Positions 11,526 through 24,202 are shown, counted from the stretch's first letter. The stretch: DNA of 64,000 nucleotides from Octopus sinensis (GCF_006345805.1 NC_043010.1:17918001-17982000), one strand, 5' to 3'. Notes: generated from the letters alone by a model not told the origin. Made by a program: numbers and translations.

Positions 11526-12117
11526 ATATTTGGGTGAAGAATTCATGGATGTTGATATCCCGACTCGTTTTGAGAGTTACATGTTCCAGAAACCAATAAC
11601 AAAAATAATTTGGCTTATTCTGCATCCCATAATCCATGCACTTCGCCCTTTCTATAAAAGTCCGAAACCCCTCAATGAATGGGAAATGATGAATGGCTTA
11701 ATTCAAATACTATTTGATGTATGGATCTATCAACAGTTTGGCTTCAAATCTATTACATATCTTGTTCTGGGAACATTTATGGCAATAGGGTTCCATCCAT
11801 TGGCTGGTCACTTCATATCTGAACATTATCTGTTTAGTGAAGGAGTTGTTGGCAAGCATCAAGCAACACATTCTTACTATGGTCCTCTCAATATTGTCCT
11901 ATTCAATGTAGGGTACCACGTGGAACACCATGACTTCCCCTATATTCCTTACAATAAAATTGCTAAAGTATCCGAAATGGCCCCAGAATTTTATGAGCAT
12001 TTACCTTATCATACATCATTGTTGAAAGTGCTTTGGGACTTTATATTTGATGAGAACGTTGGTCCTCATTCGAGGGGGGTTGGCTATTTGAAATATAAAG
12101 ATCTTAAATCTTCATAG
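11526..12117 (+). CDS. DEGS1: DEGS/DES1-family desaturase, coding exon 2 (aa 154-350, stop TAG 12115-12117)
   Basis: Acceptor ttttttgcag|A at 11525/11526 completes the AG+A Arg codon and gives HHR-YLGEEFMDVDIPT. Also contains HPLAGHFISEHY, SYYGPLN and His box 3 YHVEHHDFP (11917-11931). Joined CDS is 1053 nt. Confidence 0.93.
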
Positions 12118-12411
12118 ATTTCATACACAATGTTATAAATATGAAAACTCCTTGGTGGAGCTCAAGAGAAAAGTGTTTAGCAGACATGTTCCTATCTGGA
12201 AGGGAAAAAAAGTTTTTAAAAAAGTAAAGAAAAAGACAGCAACCAAAAAGGAATTTTAAGTATTTTAAACAAAAATAATTTAAACAAAAAAAAAGAATTC
12301 TGCTTGTCATCCTATAAGGATACTGGAGATAGATGAGTCAACAGATAGTCAAACTTGATTCTTTGCAGTGATAATCATTGACATTGTTTTATATTTCTTC
12401 TGCATTGATGA

Positions 12412-12417
12412 AATAAA
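12412..12417 (+). terminator. Candidate polyadenylation signal for DEGS
   Basis: AATAAA about 295 nt after the stop codon; another at 12858-12863. No transcript evidence. Confidence 0.3.
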
Positions 12418-12892
12418 TACCAGACATACTTTGGGATCAATCTGATAAAATCTGTCTCTTCCTCCAGAAAGAAAAGTGATCTGTTGCCTCATCAAAAGAA
12501 AGTTTAATTGTTGTATAAATATTCTGCCCAAGATTTTTTTGATGCCTTTGATTAAATATTACAAAGCCTGATAAATAATTGCAACTTGTTAAATCTAAAC
12601 CACAAATCTGAAGAAACTTCATTTACTAACATAATGCAAACGATAATAATACTAATTCAATAATTATGAAATAATATTTCAGAGTTGTTGTGTTGTTGTA
12701 GCTCATAAGAAACTCTGGATGAAATATTTCTTCTAAAAAAGATGTGGAAGATTAGCAAAGCCACTGGAGCCTCAGAAGAATGTGTATGAGGTTTAATTAA
12801 TCCCCTCAATCTCTATGTGCTGAGTTCAACTCATGCAAACGTCACCTTTCCCAAATCAATAAATTAACAACTGGTCAAAGGATCCTGTAGAT

Positions 12893-13179
12893 CAGTGGTT
12901 CTCAACCAGGGTCCGCATGACTGTTTGGGGTCCAATTGACCCTTGGAGTTCACATGACCCTTAAGGGCCCGTATAAGATTTTGTTGTTAAAATTTATCTG
13001 CAATAAATTTGTTATATTTCTACAATGTACAAAATATTTGAACAATTTTCTTATAAAATTCTTCATAATGCATAATAAAAATATATGAAGGTTTTTAAAC
13101 ATGGATTAGCTGTGAGGGTCCGGTGGCATAAAATAATAATCAAAGGAGTCTAGAAGTAAAAAAGGGTTGGGAACCCCTG
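12893..13179. mobile_element. hAT (Charlie-like) MITE
   Basis: cagtggttctcaacc ... ggttgggaacccctg termini; decayed 8-bp flanks ctgtagat/ctataaag. Confidence 0.65.
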
Positions 13180-13599
13180 CTATAAAGCATCCTAGATGTG
13201 GATGGATTTATAAGAGTAAAATGAAAGCATTTCCTTTGATATTCATACATTCCAAATAACCCTGTACATCTTTTTTTTTTCAGCTGAATATAGTTTATTT
13301 TGTGCTTGTTTAATACCCAAACATCTCCACTTCATTTTATCTAAACCTTGTTATTGTTAAAGCTTGTACATCTCCATTTCATCGTCTCACTTCTTCTCCC
13401 TCAGCTTGTTTTTCTTTCTTCGGTCAACTCTCATTCATCTCTAGCTCAACTTTGCATCCTATTTTCTGATTCACCTCCAGTGGACATCAGCCAGTTATCA
13501 ACTGAACATCGTACCAAGAACAAAAAAAAAGCAAAAAATATTTAAATTCTTGAATTTTCTAGATTATGTTGGACTTTTCATAAACTTTATATTATATCT

Positions 13600-13645
13600 G
13601 ATATGTTATATATATATATATATACACATATATATACATATATAA

Positions 13646-13743
<98 letters not shown>

Positions 13744-13773
13744 GTATATATATATAAATATTATATATATATA

Positions 13774-13834
<61 letters not shown>

Positions 13835-13835
13835 G
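13600..13835. repeat. (TA)n-rich microsatellite
   Basis: Direct inspection. Confidence 0.95.
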
Positions 13836-14115
13836 TATGTATAAAAAATATATATAAAATACAAAATGGGACAAGAACGCAAAACATTCAAATAGACGAT
13901 ACAAAAAACAGACAGGTCATTCGAAGCCTCTAATCTTCAGTCAAGAACCGGATCATCCTCGCAATAAGATTAATCAGCCGAAATTGCAAGGATGATCCGG
14001 TTCTTGACTGAAGGTTAGAGGCTTCGAATGACCGTCCATTTTTTGTATCATCTATTTGAATGTTTTGTGTTCTTGTCCCATTTTGTATTTTTATATATAT
14101 TTTTTATACATATAT
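13836..14115. repeat. Inverted repeat, about 130-bp arms, 17-nt loop
   Basis: Arms 13836-13965 and 13983-14115 are reverse complements at roughly 90% by eye. Confidence 0.9.
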
Positions 14116-14158
14116 TATCCCGGCGTACGTACACCTTGTTCTCTTATATATATATATA

Positions 14159-14480
14159 AATTAGAGATAAAACCACTATTAGGCAAATCAAACAGTGATA
14201 GACATAAACCAAAACATAAAAAACAAAAAATAAATATAATTAATATAATATACCAAATATATATAAAATACAAAATTTAAAATTTAGATTATTAAAATTT
14301 ATATTTATATTTATATATAAATATAAATATAAATTTTAAAATTTCAAATTTTAATAATCTAAATTTTATATTTTATATATATTTGGTATATTATATTAAT
14401 TATATTTATTTTTTGTTTTTTATGTTTTGGTTTATGTCTATCACTGTTTGGTTTGCCTAATAGTGGTTTTATCTCTAATT
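14159..14480. repeat. Near-perfect 322-bp palindrome without spacer
   Basis: aattagagataaaaccactattaggc... / ...gcctaatagtggttttatctctaatt; centre atatttatatttata|tataaatataaatat at 14315/14316. Confidence 0.92.
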
Positions 14481-14554
14481 TAATTTATATTTATACTGTG
14501 AAATTTGATTTAATCCTAAATCTAATTTTTCCCTGTAAGTTTGGATATACTTCC

Positions 14555-14594
<40 letters not shown>

Positions 14595-14704
14595 TTGATA
14601 AAACGGTAAGATAACAAAAGAAAGAAAGAGACCTCAATATTATGTAAATAGAGGAAATTTATCTATACAATATGTTACATATATATATATAAATATATAT
14701 ATAT

Positions 14705-14746
<42 letters not shown>

Positions 14747-14894
14747 CAATAAATGGTGGGGTTGTGTTAACCACACGTGGAGAAATGATTGGCAAGGAAA
14801 AATTATAAAAGGCAGAATGCTAAATTGAAGGAAAATTTTAAATGAAAATGGGTGTATGGAAAATTTTGAAAAATTAATAAAATATATATATATT

Positions 14895-14936
14895 AATTCA
14901 AACGGGTTTTCGTCACAATGTGACTTTTCAAGAATT
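14895..14936 (-). ncRNA. Minimal type-I hammerhead-like motif, U3-A8 core variant
   Basis: AAUUC-UUGAAAA-GUCAC(AUU)GUGAC-GAAA-AC(CC)GUU-U-GAAUU, with 5-bp stems I and II. Confidence 0.6.
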
Positions 14937-15460
14937 GTAAGGTGGAAAGAAAAAATTTTGTTTATGTTTGAAGAGGGGGAAAAAAGAAAATTACATTGTT
15001 CTTTTGCAAAAAATTAATAATAAACATGTACAAAAATTTAAAAATAGGTATTCCGATACATTGTAAAGTCTTTGTGTATCTCGAGTTTAATGATAGTTCT
15101 TGAAAAAATGACCTTGGAGGATTGAGATCCATGTGATTAAATCCATGTGCTGTTTAATTTAATTAAGGATGTCTGTTAAGTGAATGTCAAAACAGGAAGT
15201 AGTTGTCCAGTTCCTGTGAGTAAGGGGAGACAACTCTCTGGGTTTTAAGCTCTTCAATTTGGGTTTATCAATTTTTTGTAATAAAGGGTGTTAATAAACC
15301 TTAAATTATAAAATTTTCATTTTAGCATCATTTGCATTATCTTTTTTTATATAATTGTTTGTTAACTTAACATTCAGATTTTAACACTTTATTTATATTG
15401 TTTTCTAATTGTATAAATTTACATAAACCAATTTATAATTACATTTCAGATTGTTATGTC

Positions 15461-15504
<44 letters not shown>

Positions 15505-15623
15505 CTATAATAATAATGATAAATAAAGAATATAAGTTTTAGCTTGAAGTGATGACTGTATGGTATCCTTATATATTTGTATTAGTCCATCCATGAAGAA
15601 TGAGGTAGAAAAAAGAAGTATGA

Positions 15624-17075
15624 TCAACGAAGAGTTTGCATATTAAGATGCATTTTGAATTTTTCAATAAAAAGATTCTCCTTGTTAATTCTCTCCTGTG
15701 TGGTGATTCCGTCTTTAAATTGGTAGAAGGGGAATATGTAAAATTTGGGATTTTTGTCTTTAGCGCATGAGTCTATGTGGCCACTCAGTGGAATTTGCCG
15801 GTATTCCAGGAGATTTATTTGTTCTTTATGGACCGCTACTCTTTTACGTAAAGGGAGGCTCATTTGTCCAACATAATTATGTTGGCAACCGGTGCATGTG
15901 AGAATGTAGATAAGGTTCTCGGAGGAACAGGAGAAGTTGGTCTTGATTTTAAACTTCATTCCTTGTTTGAAGATAAATTCAGAGCCTTCAAGTAGGAAGG
16001 GGCAGGTGCCACAGTTTGGGCGTGCACATTTTTTAACTGCTGGGGGTGGATGTGGTGTGTGAAGTTTGGCATTTGTCAAGAGTTTTTTTAAATATTTGTG
16101 TTGCCTTTTACATTTGAGGATTTTGTGTGTATTTATAATGTTTTTCATTTTTGGGTCTGTTGACAGTAGAGTGAAGTTTTGTATGATTGTTGTGTATGCT
16201 TCGATATTTTTGGGGTTGTGGGTGGAAACGTATGGAAGTATTTTGGGGTTGTGTGTGTTGTTGGGTTGGGTGTTTTTCAGTGTAATGTTGTCTAGTTCTT
16301 TGGTGCGTTTTATTCCATACTCTATAAGGGTGGAGGGATATTGGCGTTGTAATAGTGTTTTTTTTGAGGTCTTGAAGGTGTATTTCTCGAGTTTTTGGAT
16401 CCGAGACAATGGTGCATGCCCTTTTAGCTAAGTTGAAAGGGATATTTGTCTTGGTGTGTTTTGGGTGGTATTGTTGTGAGTCTGTAGGTTTGTGGTAGAT
16501 GTCTGTTATGATTTGGCTCTTAGGTGGTTTTATAATTAGGAGATCAAGGAAAGGGAGATGATGTTTGCTGAATTCCATAGTAAATTGGATGTTGTGATGT
16601 ATGTTGTTCAGTATGGTTTTGAATTTCAGAAGCTTTTCATAAGGTTCTTTCCATATGATGAAACAATCATCCAAATACCTTTTCCAGTTTTCCATTAGGT
16701 AGGTGTGGAAAGCATGTCCAAATTTCTGGCGTGATATCTCATAGAGTGATAGTTCGAAGAAACCCATTATGAGGTTCGCAAGGACTGGTGCAGCCTTGGT
16801 GCCCATCGCAATACCACATTTTTGACGGTTGTGTGTGTTATCGGAATGCGGTCAGGGAATGTCTCTGGGTGTTTTTCTAGCCAGAAATCAATTGCCTCAA
16901 TACCATATTTATGTGGAATGTTGGTGTAGAGGTTGATGACATCAAAGGATACCAGGAGCGCCTCCTCGTTAACTGTTTTCAGGAGGTGTTTGAGCATGTC
17001 CAGATCATCCCTAATGAAACTTTTGATGTGAGTAAGGAAAGGTTTCAAAAGGATGTCTAGGAAATTACTCAAGCG
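15624..17075 (-). pseudogene. PLE RT + GIY-YIG ORF, frameshifted with internal deletions
   Basis: LLVSFDVINLYTNIPH, GIAMGTKAAPVLANL, WKRYLDDCF, LPFLDL, CARPNCGTC, NLIYILTCTGCQHNYVGQ...RKRVAVH. Sequence appears to be missing between PDRIP and GIAMG and after DSQQY. Confidence 0.88.
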
Positions 17076-17113
17076 GTGTATATATATATAAGTTCTATTA
17101 TGTATTTTATGTA

Positions 17114-17364
17114 CAGGGTGCTCAAAAAGTCTCTCTGCGGTAAGCAAAATAAATATTTATAAGATGGTAGTAGACTACAAAAGAACATATTTGACTTTAC
17201 AAGACTTTGAAAAACTTTATAAGAGGTGTTGAAAGTGCAGTTCTTCATTTTCAATGCATAAGTTAACTTCTCTACACATGTTTTGAAATACATCTTGGAA
17301 AGTCTGACTCTTGGAGAGTCAAGATGAAAAATATTCACTGCAGAAAGACTTTTTGAACACCCTG
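17114..17364. mobile_element. Tc1/mariner-type MITE
   Basis: TA|cagggtgctcaaaaagtctctctgc ... gcagaaagactttttgaacaccctg|TA. Confidence 0.8.
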
Positions 17365-17435
17365 TATACCTGTAAGATCTATCTAGGTATATCAGATGAG
17401 TTTTATGCATATCATGTACGTTATATATACATATA

Positions 17436-17862
17436 GGTGCAGGAGTGGCTGTGTGGTAAGTAGCTTGCTTCTCAACCATATGGTTCTGTGTTCATTCCCA
17501 CTGCGTGGCACCTTGGGCAAGTATCTTCTACTATAGCCTCGGGCCAACCAAAGCCTTGTGAGTGGATTTGGTAGACGGAAACTGAAAGAAGCCCATCGTA
17601 TATATGTATATACATATATATGTATGTGTGTGTGTATATGTTTGTGTGTCTGTGTTTGTCCTCCCAACATCGCTTGACAACTGATGGTGGTGTGTTTACG
17701 TCCCCGTAACTTAGCAGTTCGGCAAAGAGACCAATAGAATAAGTACTAGGCTTACAAAGAACAAGTCCTGGGGTCAATTTGCTTGACTAAAGGCGGTGCT
17801 CCAGCATGGCCACAGTCAATGACTGAAACAAGTAAAAGAGAGTAAAAGAGAGTAAAAGAGAG
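17436..17862 (+). mobile_element. Full-length tRNA-derived SINE family A
   Basis: A-box-like tggctgtgtggtaag, B-box-like gttcattccc, internal TA/TG microsatellite, tail ccagcatggccacagtcaatgactgaaacaagtaaaagag repeats. Confidence 0.9.
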
Positions 17863-17869
17863 TTTTTTT

Positions 17870-18035
17870 TTGCTTGTTCCTTCTCAAGCCATGCCTGGCT
17901 CAAAAGGGCTGGTTTCCCGGTTTCCTTGGCATATAGGTTCCCCACCTGGACGGGACGCCGGTCCATCACAGGCAAGCTGCAAGATGCAGGAGGAAAGAGT
18001 GAGAGAAAGTTGTGGCGAAAGAGTCAGCAGAAGTA
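17870..18035 (-). mobile_element. SINE family E, 3' half
   Basis: Closely matches 19386-19550. Confidence 0.75.
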
Positions 18036-18041
18036 TATATA

Positions 18042-18101
<60 letters not shown>

Positions 18102-18734
18102 ATAGAGTTAAAACCCAAGCTTTGTCTTCTGAAGATCATCTACTTATATCAGTGTCCCAAATTCAATGGCAGATGTTTTGTTTGAGTGCGGTATGCATAA
18201 GAGTTGAAAATACTGGGAAATATTTCCTGCAGAGTAATAATATCAAAAGAGGAGATTCGAAAAAAGTTTTTGCAAATTATTTAATCACCATTACACATGT
18301 TTCATTTGCTAATTTGATTTACAAAATCATACGTGTGTTAGAAAACATGTAAGCTATCTCTGATTAGAAATTCTTTAGACAGAGAATCAAATGATACACA
18401 ATTTGCATTTGGACGAAGAATTTGTGTATAGTTAAGAGTAATTAGTAGTTAGGAGACCTTTAGATAATTAGAGAGGGGAAAAAACGTATCTAGTAATATA
18501 GAAAAGAGAGAGAGAGGGTTAGAGAATGAAGTATTTAAGTGTACACATATACACATTTATGCATACTTACACATAGTTACACATATTTCTTTTTCTCTCT
18601 AGTTTCAGCTCAGAGCTGCAGCCATGCTGATGCACCGCCATTACATACATATTAACGATGATGATATGTATGTATGTATGTAAGTATGTATGCATGTATG
18701 TATAAGTGTGTATGTGTGAGTGCATATATATAAT

Positions 18735-19030
18735 TGTGTATATATGAATTTGGTAGACGGAAACTGAAAGAAGCTCGTCGTATATATGAATACATATATA
18801 TGTGTGTGTGTTTGTATGTCTGTGTTTGCCCCCCACCGACATCGCTTGACAACCGATGCTGGTGTGTTTATATGTCCCTGTAACTTAGTGGTTCGGCAAA
18901 AAAGAGACCGATAAAATAAGTACTAGGCTTACAAAGAATAAGTCCTGGGGGTTGATTTGCTCGACTAAAGGCGGTGCTCCAGCATGGCCGCAGTCAAATG
19001 ACTGAAACAAGTAAAAGAGTAAAAGAGTAT
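18735..19030 (+). mobile_element. SINE family A, 5'-truncated
   Basis: atttggtagacggaaactgaaagaag ... gactgaaacaagtaaaagagtaaaagag. Confidence 0.85.
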
Positions 19031-19385
19031 GTACAATTATTGTTTTATTCGCTAACCCTCCCCCCGTGTCTCTCTCTCTCTCTTCTATATTACTAGATAT
19101 GTTTTTCTCCCCTCTAATTATCTAAAGTATTCTTAATTACTAACTCTATATCCAAATGCATTATTTTGATTCTCTGTCTGAAGAATTTCTAATAGGAAAA
19201 ATCTTGCATGTTTTCTATTACATGTATACTTTTGTAAGTATGTTTTTGTTAACTCCTATTAGTAAACGAAACGTGTGTAATGGGAATAAACAATACCATA
19301 AATTTTCCTATCTCCAGTTTTGAGACGTGTGTGTATCTGTCTGTCTGTCAGTCTGTCCGTACGTACGTATGTATATATGTATATA

Positions 19386-19672
19386 TGTTTGTTCCTTCTC
19401 AAGCCATGTCTGGCTCATAAGGGCCAGTTTCCCGGTTTCAGTGGCGTATAGGTTCCCCACCTGGATGGGACCCCGGTCCATCGCTGGTGAGCTGCTAGAT
19501 GCAGGAGGAAAGAGTGAGAGAAAGTTGTGGCAAAAGAGTCAGCAGAAGTTTGCCGTTACCTTCTGCCGGAGCCGCGTGGAGCTTAGGTGTTTTCATTCAT
19601 AAACACACACATCGCCCGGTCTGAGATTCGAACCCACGATCCCTCGACTGCAAGTTTGCTGCTCTAACCACG
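19386..19672 (-). mobile_element. tRNA-derived SINE family E with V-domain-like body
   Basis: Head gtggttagagcagc...gggttcgaatctc; body gcgatggaccggggtcccatccagg. Confidence 0.8.
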
Positions 19673-20619
19673 ATGCATATATGTATATATGTATGTATGT
19701 ATGTGTGTTTTTGTGTAAGTATGTGTATTATCTTTATCACATAATTTCTCTGTACATCTGTTAAGTTTCTCCTCTGACTCCTGGAATGTCATATAATTTA
19801 CTTCCATTAAAATTACTTCTGAGAATTAAATTACACAAAAACTATTAATTGATTCTTACAATATCTTACAAAGTATGTTTGAAAAACCACTAAAAAAATT
19901 AAACAAAAATCTTATTAATAAAATATTTGAATTCAAAATAATTTTAATTGTTGCTTATCTTATCGCAACTTTTGAAACATCTATGAAGGAAAATTTTATT
20001 ATTTAGATATTTTTTTATAATTTAAACGGTTCTGAAGTTACTGTGATGCTTGCATTGATGACTAAAACGAGTGAAAAGAAAGCGTAAAAAAAGAACATGT
20101 GATGTTAATGGATGATGTAAGTTGGGTTAAAATATAATGCAAGTTGATAATGGAAAATACTCATCATAGAGGCAGACAGAACTCTTTTTGAGAAACGAGT
20201 GGGAAGATGTAACATTGTAGAGCTGTTGTGATGGTGTTGATATTTACGATGACAATAAGAATGATGGTCATGATGGTGGAGGAGGAGGAGGAGGTGGTGA
20301 GGTGGTGTATTTGTTATATTGAAACTTTCACTATTAATTTGGGTGACATGAATTTTGAACATTTTAGATATTTTTTTAGTAAAAGTAGATTCGTTTTTTT
20401 TTTACACTTGACAACTGAATCTTAGTACTGACCCCCAATCGTCATTTGAACTAAACTGTGACAACAATAAAAGGAATGTGCTTTTCTTATAGAAGTTGTA
20501 AACAGCCATGATCAGGTGAGTTAAGGGGTTTGCTTCCCAACCGTATGGTTTCAGGTTCAATCCCACACCATGCAGCACTTTCTGCAACTTAGTGAATTTG
20601 GTAGACAGAAACAAAGCAG

Positions 20620-20650
<31 letters not shown>

Positions 20651-21201
20651 TCACCATCACCACCACCACCACCACCACCACCACCATTGTTATTTAACAT
20701 CCGTTTTCCATACTGGCGTGAGTTAGATGGTTTGACAGGAGTTGGCCAACTGGAAAGTGGCCCAAACTCCATTTCTCTGTTTTGGCATGGTCCCTATGGC
20801 TTGGTTCCCTTAACAGAGTGTACTGGGGTGCTTTATACACATCACTGGCACAGGTGCGTTTACATAGCATCAACACGAGCATTTTGTGTCACACTGCATA
20901 GCACCAACACAAATTGTATAACACAAGGATAAAAGTCAACAGACTTTAATGGTAGATCACAACATATGTTTCTGCACCGCACATCAGCCTGAAGTTGCAG
21001 GGTTCACATTCATACAACATTATGTAAGATTTCTCTTAATAATTATTATGTATTTAAATATTGTTTAACAACAGCCACATGTAACCACTTCATTGGATGA
21101 GGTCTCATAAAAAACTGCTAGATTCAATAGAATTTATCATCTCAAGGCCAAATGGATGGGAACTGTCTGGAAATAGTTTGTAATCTCTTCTATCCAGCAG
21201 T

Positions 21202-22322
21202 GTGTCATTCTTAGTTATTTCGGTAATTAACCCCATGGTGGATAAGAACTTTATGAAACAGCATGTTCACCGTTGCTTACTGTATGAGTTTCAAAAGAAA
21301 AGTACCACTACAGTAGCAATGAAAAACATTTGTGAAGTGTATCCAGATGCAGTGAAAGATCATAAATGTCAGCTGTGGTTTAAAAGGTTTAAAGATGTCA
21401 ATTGTGACATATTTGACAAGTCTTGCTCTGGAAGAGAACCCACTCTGAATGACAACCTTTTGACTGAGACTGCTATATCAGATCCTCATCAAAACACCAG
21501 AGATTTAGCACAAAAATTTAATGTGTCCCGTTCAACTAGCCATGAACATCTCAAGCAAATTGGGCAAACATACAAAGAGGGGATTTGGGTTCCACATTTG
21601 AGAACTGGACACAACATTCCATCATCTGCAGCAGTCTTCTAACCTGGAATAACAACCTGTCATTTCTGCTGCGCATTGTTACAGGTGATGAAAAATGAGT
21701 TTTGCCTCACAACAGAAAGCAAAAAAGACAATGGTTATCACATAATGAGAGGCCAGTGCCAACACCAAAACTGGAACTTCATCCACAAAAATCCTTGCTC
21801 TGTGTTTGGTGGAACATGAAAGCTATCATCCATTATGAGCTATAGAAGATGGAAGGACCATCAATGCAGATGTCTACTGCCAACAGCTGGATCGTGTAAA
21901 TGAAAACTTACATCGAGAAAGGCCAGCTTTGGTAAACAGAAATGGTGTTATCTCCAGCATGACAATGCATGGCCACCCTCTTCGAAGCAAATCCAAGGAA
22001 AAATAAGATCATTAGGATGGGAAGTTCTTCCCCATCCTCCATACTCACCTGACTTAGCACCTATGGATTTCCATCTGTTCTGACCTCTAGAGAATTTTAT
22101 AAGAGGCAAAACATTCGGAAACAGAGAGGAAGTTGTAAACAGTCTTCAAACGTTTTCCAGGGAAAGAAACAGATTTCTTTGAATGTGGCATAAAAAGTTA
22201 CTTTCCTGCAATTGTCGAAAAACGGTGGTGACTGGATTCTTGATCAAAACTATTCAGATAAATGTAGTTTCCATTTGCTTTTATATCCTTTCTGGTAAAA
22301 TGCAATTACTTTCAAGCACAAT
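21202..22322 (+). pseudogene. mariner DD34D transposase pseudogene with right TIR
   Basis: HTH region ...EGIWVPH, IVTGDEK, HDNA, HPPYSPDLAPMDFHLF, with stops and frameshifts. Right TIR-like aaaatgcaattactttcaagcacaat; left TIR not found. Confidence 0.9.
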
Positions 22323-22324
22323 CA

Positions 22325-22730
22325 AATCACAATCAAATGGAAATTGTAGTTGTGATCTCTGTGCCAGTGGCACGTAAAAGGCACCATCTGAACATAGCCG
22401 ATGCCAGGGCCACCTTGACTGGCTTCCGTGCCAGTGACACACAAAAAGCCGTTGCCAGCCTCGCCTGCCCCCCGTGCCAGTGACATGTAAAAAGCACCAT
22501 CCGATTGTGGCCATTACCAACCTCGCCTGGCCCCCGTGCCGGTGGCACGTAAAAAGGACCCACTACACTCACAGAGTGGTTGGCGTTAGGAAGGGCATCC
22601 AGCCGTAGAAACATTGCCAGATCAGACTAGGCCTGGTGCAGCCTTCTGGCTACCCAGACGCCAGTTGAACTGTCCAACCCATGCTAGCATGGAAAGCTGA
22701 TGCTAAATGATGATAATGATGATGATGATG
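22325..22730 (+). mobile_element. RTE 3' UTR/tail element
   Basis: Four gtgccagtg(g/a)cac units, then the shared tail and (GAT)n. Confidence 0.85.
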
Positions 22731-22752
22731 ATATACATATATATATATATAA

Positions 22753-22896
22753 TGTGGCTGTGTGGTAAGAAGTTTGCTTCCTCACCACATGGTTCCAGGT
22801 TCAGTCCCACTGCATGATACCTTGCACAAGTGTCTTCTTGTGACTGAATTTGGTAGATGAAAGCTTAAAGAAGCCTGTCATATATATGTATTATAT

Positions 22897-22932
<36 letters not shown>

Positions 22933-23156
22933 CATATGTGTATGTCTTTATGCCAATGCTTTCCCCGACCAATGTTTGACAACCAGTGTTGGTGTATTCA
23001 TGCACCCATAACTTAGTGGTTTGGCAAAAAAGAATGATATAATAAGTACCTAGCTTAAAATAATTCCTGGGGTCAATCCATTTGACTAAGAATTCTTCAA
23101 GGCAGTGCCCCAGCATGGCCACCATCAAATGACTGAAACAAGTAAAAGATAAAAGG
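22753..23156 (+). mobile_element. SINE family A
   Basis: Head, internal (TA)n and tail are all present. Confidence 0.8.
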
Positions 23157-23346
23157 TAATAAAAAAAAACACTGATACTGACAACCAATCAGATCTTTCC
23201 AATTAAAATTTTATGCTCCGTTTAAGCCAATCAAGATTTTCTTTGATATTAAATATTTCTATTGAATGTCTTTTCAAAGTATTCCTTTGATCTTCCATCT
23301 CTTTGCTGAAAGTTGAAATCAAAAATTTCAGAGAAGTAATTTATAA

Positions 23347-23545
<199 letters not shown>

Positions 23546-23687
23546 TAAGCCTCAAATAACTAGAAAATGCTTTAATTTAAAGACAATATATCAAAGTGTC
23601 GTGCCCTGGGATTGAACTCAGAACCATGTGATTGTGAAGCAGACTTCTTAATGACAGAGATATGCCCCCAAACCCACTCCTGTAGAG

Positions 23688-23867
23688 GAAGAAGAAGAAG
23701 AAGAAGAAGAAGAAGAAGAAGAAGAAGAAGAAGAAGAAGAGAAGAAGAAGAAGAAGAAGAAGAAGAAGAAGAAGAAGAAGAAGAAGAAGAAGAAGAAGAA
23801 GAAGAAGAAGAAGAAGAAGAAGAAGAAGAAGAAGAAGAAGAAGAAGAAGAAGAAGAAGAAGAAGAAG
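23688..23867. repeat. (GAA)n microsatellite
   Basis: Direct inspection. Confidence 0.95.
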
Positions 23868-24202
23868 ACATGACTTACTATCAACCAGGGCAGCTTCACA
23901 TATTTGAGTGACTTTGGTCCTTGTTCATAAATGACAAAAACAACTCCAAAATTAGAAAATAAAGAGAAACCACCAGCCCCAACATATGTCCACATCTTCG
24001 TTCCATGCATTCACTCTTCAATCTAAACACTAATGTTTATGCAAGCAAAAATCCTCATCTTCAACCAGAGAGGAAACTAACAGTGACACAAAATGGTAGA
24101 TATACACACACACTCCCAAAAATCATGGCATTTCCATAGCAACAAGCTTTCTATCTAGCCAAAGCTAGCATGGTTAAAGAGTCCTTCGGCTGGTTGTCTT
24201 AA

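Larger units (their letters stand above)
14590..17075 (-). mobile_element. Penelope-like retroelement, 5'-truncated, with 3' pLTR-like region
   Basis: RT followed by a C-terminal GIY-YIG endonuclease; hammerhead motif in the 3' region; bounded by (TA)n tracts. Confidence 0.88.

Noticed and set aside
13910-14035. Hammerhead in the palindrome arms (ctgaagattagaggcttcgaatgacc)
   Set aside because: CUGAAGA is present in one arm, but GAAA is GAAU and stems II and III cannot be formed canonically.
15624-17075. Naiad-type selenoprotein PLE
   Set aside because: The endonuclease is C-terminal rather than N-terminal, and the disruptions are frameshifts and deletions, not conserved UGA-for-Cys codons.
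17436-17520. tRNA genes at SINE heads (also 19600-19672, 43908-43990, 57160-57237)
   Set aside because: A/B-box-like motifs are present, but there is no complete cloverleaf and they run into SINE bodies.
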